From Oligoflexales bacterium (lineage in GTDB: Bacteria; Bdellovibrionota_B; Oligoflexia; Oligoflexales; Bog-1112), in assembly GCA_045105515.1 (NCBI GenBank), contig JBGCDR010000181.1, forward strand, positions 4,460-68,459: a DNA stretch of 64,000 nucleotides, written 5' to 3'. The notes below the pieces were generated by a model. The model ran no database searches, was not told the origin of the DNA, and saw nothing but the letters and a program-made list of their open reading frames with translations. A program made the position numbers and the translations under genes. The stretch's first letter is position 1. Each line of letters opens with the position of its first letter. This document shows positions 58,359-64,000 of this stretch, one piece after another.

Positions 58359-60154
58359 TCCTCCTGTTTTGGGTCAGCAAGCAAAATCCCTAAGTCATCA
58401 AGTGAAGGCTTAGGTACCGGAGATGGAGCCTCTGTCATTAAACAGCTCGCTTTTTGAGTTTTTGGAAAAGCGATCACATCTCTGATTGCATCACAGCCTG
58501 TTAACAGCATTACAAGTCGGTCTAGTCCGAAAGCAATACCACCATGAGGAGGGGCACCAAATTTAAGCGCTTCCAATAAAAATCCAAACTTTTTCTCGGC
58601 TTCTTCCGGGGTCATACCTATTGTTGCAAACACCTTAGCCTGAATCTCAGGTTTGTGTATTCTGATCGAACCGCCCGCAATTTCATAGCCATTACACACA
58701 AGATCATATGCTGCAGCACGCACCTTCTGTGGTGCCGTGTCAAGCAAATGGAGGTCTTCTTCCCTAGGCATACAAAAAGGGTGATGTCGTGCTGACCATT
58801 TACCTGTAGTCTCATCCTGTTCCATCAAGGGAAACTCAGTAACCCAAAGAAAATTTAAGGTTTCCTTGTTAAACAGTTGCAGTTCTGTACCCAAATGATT
58901 TCTAAGAGCGGATAAACTAGCCTTTACAGTTTCATACTTGCCAGCACCGAACAAGACCAGATCATTAGGCTCGAGTCCAATTTTAGTTTCGAAGCTTTGA
59001 ACAAATTCATCATTAAAGAACTTGCTTATAGGCGACTGCCAGCTAGCTATCCCAGTCCCTGTTTTTTTCTTTAGCCAAGCCAAGCCATTTGAGCCATGAT
59101 GTTTGGCAAGCTCAGTAAGCTCATCAATTTTCTTTCGAGAATAGGTTTCCGCAGCATTCTTAACAACTATGGCATTAACAATTCCTCCGGTACTGACAGC
59201 ATCCCTGAATACTTTGAATTCACAACCCTCAGCCAATGTCGTAAGATCGTTCAGCTTCAAATCAAAACGAGTATCTGGCTTATCACAACCGTATTCTTCC
59301 ATTGCTTGTGCATAGGTCATATGAGGAATCTCTGCAACGACCTCTTCCTGAAAGAACTCATTAACGAGTTCTTTAGTCAAGGCTGTAACCGTTGCTATAA
59401 CCTCAGATTCATCTACAAAAGACATCTCACAATCAATCTGTGTGAACTCAGGCTGCCGGTCTGCACGCAAGTCCTCATCACGAAAGCACTTAACAATCTG
59501 GTAATACCTATCAAAACCACTGATCATATATATTTGTTTGAAGAGCTGAGGGCTCTGCGGCAAGGCGTAAAACTTGTTTACATTGATCCGCGAGGGCACT
59601 AAGAATTCTCTAGCTCCTTCTGGTGTAGATTTGTAAAGGTATGGGGTTTCTAAATCAAGAAAACCAAACCCTTCAAGCCCCCTCCTAGCAAGCGAAGTTA
59701 TTTTGCTTCTTGCAACAATACGCTCTTTCATTACTTGTCGGCGCAAATCCAAATATCGGTATTTAAGTCTAAGATGTTCAGATGCTTCAGACTTTTCTGT
59801 TACTACAAAAGGTAAGACCTCGCATTTGTTATCAATGCGAAGTTCATCCAATTGTACTTCTATGGCACCCGTAATCATATCATCATTGATCATGCCTTCT
59901 GGTCTGCCACAGACTTTTCCTTTAATTGATAAAACAAACTCACTTTTTATGTCTTTTGCTTTGTCCACTAATTCAGGATTTTTGGCTGGATCTAAGACAA
60001 CTTGGGTAATACCAAATCGATCACGCAAATCAATAAAGACCAAGCCCCCTAAGTCTCGACGTTTCGCAACCCAACCCATAAGGATAACTTCAATTCCTTT
60101 ATGTTCTCCCCTGAGTTCACCACAAGTATGACTTCTTTTCCAAACGCTATCCAA
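58355..60154 (-). CDS. aspS: Aspartate--tRNA ligase
   Basis: The N-terminus is OB-fold-like. The class II motifs are '[18 protein letters not shown]', 'GGSIRIH' and '[17 protein letters not shown]'. Confidence 0.95.
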   Translation of the reverse strand: MDSVWKRSHTCGELRGEHKGIEVILMGWVAKRRDLGGLVFIDLRDRFGITQVVLDPAKNPELVDKAKDIKSEFVLSIKGKVCGRPEGMINDDMITGAIEVQLDELRIDNKCEVLPFVVTEKSEASEHLRLKYRYLDLRRQVMKERIVARSKITSLARRGLEGFGFLDLETPYLYKSTPEGAREFLVPSRINVNKFYALPQSPQLFKQIYMISGFDRYYQIVKCFRDEDLRADRQPEFTQIDCEMSFVDESEVIATVTALTKELVNEFFQEEVVAEIPHMTYAQAMEEYGCDKPDTRFDLKLNDLTTLAEGCEFKVFRDAVSTGGIVNAIVVKNAAETYSRKKIDELTELAKHHGSNGLAWLKKKTGTGIASWQSPISKFFNDEFVQSFETKIGLEPNDLVLFGAGKYETVKASLSALRNHLGTELQLFNKETLNFLWVTEFPLMEQDETTGKWSARHHPFCMPREEDLHLLDTAPQKVRAAAYDLVCNGYEIAGGSIRIHKPEIQAKVFATIGMTPEEAEKKFGFLLEALKFGAPPHGGIAFGLDRLVMLLTGCDAIRDVIAFPKTQKASCLMTEAPSPVPKPSLDDLGILLADPKQED

Positions 60155-60453
60155 TGCTTGCCCCTATTTTCTTGCTCTCTTAAACTTACGAGTTTGCTTA
60201 TTCATACCCAGGTGCTGGGTGTGCAACCCTCAATTAGTAGCACTACCAAGAAATGAGTTCCATACTATAAAGGCACTTCACAGCATCCTTTTAAAAAAAT
60301 AGCCCTTTCTCCCTATCCCAGCCGACAAAACCCTGGCCACCTAAGTAAAGTAACTAGAGCTAGGCAAAACTCCAAATCAAGAGAAAATATATTGTTTGGT
60401 GAATCTGTACTTGTCTGCTACTACTCGAAAAAACCCAAATTGAGGACAATCCT

Positions 60454-60897
60454 ATGACGCCTAATACCCTGCAAGAGAATATGAGCAATTGTCGCCCATT
60501 CCATCTAGCTCTTCCTGTTAATGACCTGGAGGAGACCAAGGACTTTTACATGAAAACAATTGGTTGCAGCCTAGGCAGAACCTCTGACTCATGGATAGAC
60601 CTAAACTTTTTTGGACATCAATTGACTTTCCACCAATCTGCACTATACGAAAGCTCAAAAATCTCCAACAAAGTTGATTCCAAAAGCGTCCCTATCCCAC
60701 ACCTTGGAGTTATCTTGACTATGGAGCAATGGAAGGATCTTGCAAAACAATTACAGGAAAAGGAAATTGAATTTATCATCGAACCTTACATAAGATTCGC
60801 TGGACAAAGTGGCGAGCAAGCCACCATGTTCATTCCGGATCCAAGTGGTTACCATCTAGAGTTTAAGGCTTTTGCTGATGACCAATCCATTTTTTGA
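60454..60897 (+). CDS. Glyoxalase/bleomycin-resistance/dioxygenase (VOC) family protein
   Basis: 'FHLALPVNDLEETKDFYMKTIGCSL' and 'PDPSGYHLEFKAF' are typical of the VOC fold. Confidence 0.7.
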   Translation: MTPNTLQENMSNCRPFHLALPVNDLEETKDFYMKTIGCSLGRTSDSWIDLNFFGHQLTFHQSALYESSKISNKVDSKSVPIPHLGVILTMEQWKDLAKQLQEKEIEFIIEPYIRFAGQSGEQATMFIPDPSGYHLEFKAFADDQSIF

Positions 60898-60978
60898 ATT
60901 AGCTCAACCAAGCCCAGTTCAATAGAGTAATCAAATTTTGTTCGATATTTTGTTATTTTAAGAAAGGAAGAAAAAAAT

Positions 60979-61359
60979 CTAGAAACCAAACATTTTCATT
61001 TTCTTGCGCAGCGTATTCCTATTGATCCCTAGGATTCTAGCAGCATGCACTTGGTTTCCGCCAGTTCTCAATAAAATTTGTTTAATGAGGGGTTTTTCTA
61101 CCTTTTTCATGATCATATCGTACATGTTTTCTGGATAATAGGTACCAATTTGATCTAAGAATCGTGAAATTTTCAGTTCAACAATGGCCTCAAGGGAGTA
61201 ACCATCCAGTTTACCTGCTAGCTCATTGTCAGAAATCTTTTCGACTCCAGCAACAGGTGGCTCAGTCTTAACTGCTTCAAGTTTGCTTTGTGTTAGTTGA
61301 TGACAATTTTCTGCAACACTTTCGGTGGTTTTCACGTAACTTTTCTCCCAGTTTACCAA
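60979..61359 (-). CDS. Fis-type HTH DNA-binding protein
   Basis: The C-terminus is 'LLRTGGNQVHAARILGINRNTLRKKMKMFGF'. The start is non-ATG (TTG 61359) and therefore uncertain. Confidence 0.7.
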   Translation of the reverse strand: MVNWEKSYVKTTESVAENCHQLTQSKLEAVKTEPPVAGVEKISDNELAGKLDGYSLEAIVELKISRFLDQIGTYYPENMYDMIMKKVEKPLIKQILLRTGGNQVHAARILGINRNTLRKKMKMFGF

Positions 61360-61826
61360 AACGGACCAAAGGATTCTTAATTGCTGAGTTTGACACCAGA
61401 ATTAAGCGCACTTCTAATTAGCAAGCGCTATGGCTAGGTGTCAACCAGCATTGGCAAATATTTCACCAATAGCTGTAACTAGTCGAAACCATGCATATAA
61501 TATAATACCGCCCTTACTTATGGGGAATTTTTACCTCTTTCATGAACTTTCGGATGTCGTTAGTATTTATATATAAGCACGCAACTAAATCCATTAAATT
61601 TCATTTTAATGTTAGGCCCGACAACAAATAAGGTCGTTCAATCGCTTGAAGTTTCCGGATTACATTAAAAAATATTAACAAGCACCTTGATTGGTGCCAG
61701 CGAATTCTTATATTTTAGAGGCCTAGACAGTAGACTAGGACCTGACATTGGATTAAGAATAAATCAGCTTTATTTAATCTCAGGACCAAGGAATAGAGCG
61801 AAGACATTTAGGAAAAGTGAATAACA

Positions 61827-62483
61827 ATGCAAGCACGTGAAGAACTAGGAAAAAAAGTGACTAATAACAGCAATTTAAACAAAAAAAACCAGACCAACGA
61901 AAACAATGTTCATGAAGAAGAAACAACTGAAAATCTTCAGAAAGGACAAGAAAGTTCTCCAGATACCGGAGAAAAGACAGAGGTAGCGAACCTTCAACAA
62001 GAACTTGAGCAGCTTAAACAAGAAAGCTCTGATAACTACGATAAATATTTAAGAGCGATGGCTGATATGGATAATATCAAGCGAAGATCTGAAAAAGAAA
62101 AAAGCGACATCCGGCAGTATGGCCTGGAGTCCTTCCTCAGAGAGATGCTGCCAATTCTCGATAGCTTCAATCAAGCTACTGAAAATAGTGAGAAGGAAGA
62201 AAGCGCAAGTAAAAGTGAGAAAGGTGAGAGTTTTTTTGAAGGTATGCTTATGGTCAAGCGCCAGTTAAGTGAAACTCTTGAAAAATACGGTTTGACTGGC
62301 ATAGAAGCCAAAGGAGCTCCATTCGATCCAAACCTCCACCAAGCAATCTCGAAAGTCGAGTCGAGCGACGCTGAACAAGAAATCGTAAAAGATGAATACT
62401 CGAAAGGTTATACCTTGAACGGACGTTTGCTTCGTCCCGCAATGGTGAGCGTTTTGGTACCTAGTGAAAATAACCAAAATTGA
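61827..62483 (+). CDS. grpE: Nucleotide exchange factor GrpE
   Basis: 'DKYLRAMADMDNIKRRSEKE', 'LLPILDSF' and 'GAPFDPNLHQAIS...GYTLNGRLLRPAMV'. Confidence 0.9.
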   Translation: MQAREELGKKVTNNSNLNKKNQTNENNVHEEETTENLQKGQESSPDTGEKTEVANLQQELEQLKQESSDNYDKYLRAMADMDNIKRRSEKEKSDIRQYGLESFLREMLPILDSFNQATENSEKEESASKSEKGESFFEGMLMVKRQLSETLEKYGLTGIEAKGAPFDPNLHQAISKVESSDAEQEIVKDEYSKGYTLNGRLLRPAMVSVLVPSENNQN

Positions 62484-62509
62484 GCGAACCATTGACCTAG
62501 GTTCTCAAA

Positions 62510-62914
62510 ATGAACGGGAAACCGCCTGGAAAAAATGCCATCTCAGTTCCACCTAGTTCATCCGATGATGGAATCTGTGAGGGCGACATTGATGCTCTTG
62601 ATGAATTTTGCAGTCAGGTAGAATTTGAAGATATTAGCTTTGAAATTTGGAAAAATACTCACAGCAATCTTAACTTAATAATCTCGATACCTTTGCACTT
62701 AAACCATCTGCAAAAAGGTGGAAAACATACCATAAACTTTGTCAGGACCATATCCTCTACATGCGGAAAATATAAAAAGAAAGAAAAAATACATCGCCAA
62801 ATCACTTGGAGTAAAACGGTAGAAAAACTCTTGGAGCTGACATTTGAGAATGAAGGAGATCAAGCTGGCGACCAAAAGGGTGATTTGATCGTCCACCTAG
62901 TGGGTGCAGACTAA
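62510..62914 (+). CDS. Hypothetical protein resembling a DnaJ C-terminal substrate-binding domain, no J-domain
   Basis: 134 aa. 'LNLIISIPLHLNHLQKGGKHTINFVRTISSTCGKY' and 'LELTFENEGDQAGDQKGDLIVHLV' resemble the DnaJ pattern (l...l.isleea..G..k.i...r...C..C.G / lrl.geG..g..g..GDLyv.i.v). Confidence 0.4.
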   Translation: MNGKPPGKNAISVPPSSSDDGICEGDIDALDEFCSQVEFEDISFEIWKNTHSNLNLIISIPLHLNHLQKGGKHTINFVRTISSTCGKYKKKEKIHRQITWSKTVEKLLELTFENEGDQAGDQKGDLIVHLVGAD

Positions 62915-62966
62915 ATCTAGGAAACCGTAGTCCATTTTTTCGACCACCCTTTGCACTTCATAAAAT

Positions 62967-62993
62967 TAAAGCTCGATTAAGACGGGCCGATAA
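62967..62993 (+). promoter_or_regulatory. Sigma28 (FliA/SigD)-type promoter candidate upstream of lon
   Basis: The sequence is TAAAGCTC (62967-62974), an 11-nt spacer, then GCCGATAA (62986-62993). The consensus is TAAAGTTT-N11-GCCGATAA, so the -10 element matches at 8 of 8 and the -35 at 6 of 8. It lies 48 nt upstream of the lon ATG. Confidence 0.4.
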
Positions 62994-63041
62994 TATGATT
63001 GAGTGATAACAGGTAAACGCTTTTGATAAAAGGATAGTTGA

Positions 63042-64000
63042 ATGGTCGTCAAGAAGGATCACAACGAAACTGGTACTGATGTGGAGCTTCCGTTGTTGCC
63101 ACTGAAAGATATTGTCGTATTTCCACATATGATTATTCCCGTATTTATAAACGAAGACTTATGTGTAAATGCTGTCGAAGAAAGTTTAAATTCTCACAGA
63201 AAGATTTTCCTTTCTGCCTTCAAGGTAGCTGGTGAAGAAGGTGAAGGTCTTGAATCGAGTCTGGAAGCTCCTTTTGACGTTTATGACATTGGCACCGTTT
63301 GCTCAATAATGCGTACTAGAAAACTTCCAGATGGAAGAATGAAAGTCTTAGTCCAAGGTCTAAATAAAGCCTGTATTCAAGAGTTAAGCCGAACAGAAGA
63401 ATTTCCAGCTGTAGTTTTAAAAAGCCGCAAAGAGCCAACTCTCTCAGCTCAATCACCCGAAGTCGAAGCTATGTTGAGAGCTGTAAGAGAAAATCTTGAG
63501 CGTGTAGTAAGCCTTGGAAAAATATTGTCGCCTGATATTCTAATGGTCCTAGAGGACGTAAAAGATCCAGGACGTTTAGCTGATCTTGTCGCAGCAAATT
63601 TGGGATTAAAGGTTGAGGAAGCCCAATCAATATTAGCAATATTTGACCCGATCGAGAGATTAAACAAGGTTCACACCTATCTTTCTAGAGAGATTGAAGT
63701 CTATCAGATGCAAGTTAGAATTCAGTCGCAAGCTAAAGAAGAGATCGGTCGTGTCCAAAGGGAACACTACCTTAGAGAGCAAATTAGAGCATTAAAAACA
63801 GAGCTAGGTGATTCAGATCCAAAAGACGAGCTAGATGATTTATGGAAGCAGATAGAAGACGTAGAGCTTACCAAGGAAGCAAAAGATGAGGTATCTAGGC
63901 AACTTAGAAGATTAGAAAGAATGCATCAGGATACAAGTGAAGCAGCCCTCACTAGAAACCACATCGAAACCATCCTACAATTACCCTGGTCAGTTTTCTC
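63042..64000 (+). CDS. lon: ATP-dependent protease Lon, N-terminal part (runs off the right edge)
   Basis: My own translation gives MVVKKDHNETGTDVELPLLPLKDIVVFPHMIIPVFINEDL...KLPDGRMKVLVQGLNKACIQE...RRLERMHQDTSEAALTRNHIETILQLPW, the classic Lon N-domain. It is absent from the ORF track because it has no stop in the window. Confidence 0.9.
   Translation, partial: MVVKKDHNETGTDVELPLLPLKDIVVFPHMIIPVFINEDLCVNAVEESLNSHRKIFLSAFKVAGEEGEGLESSLEAPFDVYDIGTVCSIMRTRKLPDGRMKVLVQGLNKACIQELSRTEEFPAVVLKSRKEPTLSAQSPEVEAMLRAVRENLERVVSLGKILSPDILMVLEDVKDPGRLADLVAANLGLKVEEAQSILAIFDPIERLNKVHTYLSREIEVYQMQVRIQSQAKEEIGRVQREHYLREQIRALKTELGDSDPKDELDDLWKQIEDVELTKEAKDEVSRQLRRLERMHQDTSEAALTRNHIETILQLPWSVF

Noticed and set aside
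59096-60131. Two plus-strand ORFs (168 and 142 aa)
   Set aside because: They are antisense to aspS and have no independent support.
61360-61826. Search for a CIRCE (TTAGCACTC-N9-GAGTGCTAA) or sigma32 (CTTGAA...CCCCAT) element upstream of grpE, and likewise upstream of dnaK at 34198-34275
   Set aside because: I found only loose fragments (CTTGAAG at 61646-61652 with no CCCCAT box, and the small palindrome agcgc...gcgct). There is no convincing heat-shock element.

Overview
AT-rich, tightly packed chromosomal window from a Gram-negative (diderm) bacterium. I count about 60 protein genes and two tRNAs. I saw no rRNA, CRISPR array, transposase or integrase. The backbone is housekeeping: scpA-scpB-rluB, cls, recN, pyrF, lpxC, dnaK, tgt, arginase, miaB, ffh, aspS, grpE, the 5' part of lon, and tRNA-Glu/tRNA-Lys. 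Between these lie many predicted lipoproteins and outer-membrane barrels, scattered motility and signalling genes (an orphan fliG, three receiver proteins, two CheX-like genes), a tetrahaem cytochrome, and an ATP/ADP-translocase (NTT/Tlc) homologue. This gene content fits a Bdellovibrionota/Oligoflexia-like or other delta-proteobacterium-like organism, but taxonomy cannot be settled without a database search. Most notable observations: (1) two tandem CheX-like paralogues that both end in an identical acidic GDIDFL tail differing only by synonymous changes, followed by a CheY-like receiver and an output-less dual-PAS protein; (2) a membrane-anchored phage-tail-tube-like domain, isolated between ffh and aspS and overlapping a lipoprotein gene; (3) the NTT nucleotide transporter in a motile-looking genome; (4) a family of structured intergenic repeats at four or more loci (507-716, 11933-12030, 36296-36474, 52005-52040); (5) a near-consensus sigma28-type promoter in front of lon; (6) grpE followed by a J-domain-less DnaJ-C-terminal-like ORF; (7) a translationally coupled TetR-TPR-unknown-FadB-like-pyrF operon. 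I found no canonical defence, toxin or mobile system. All family assignments come from motif recognition by eye; no BLAST, HMM or folding was run.
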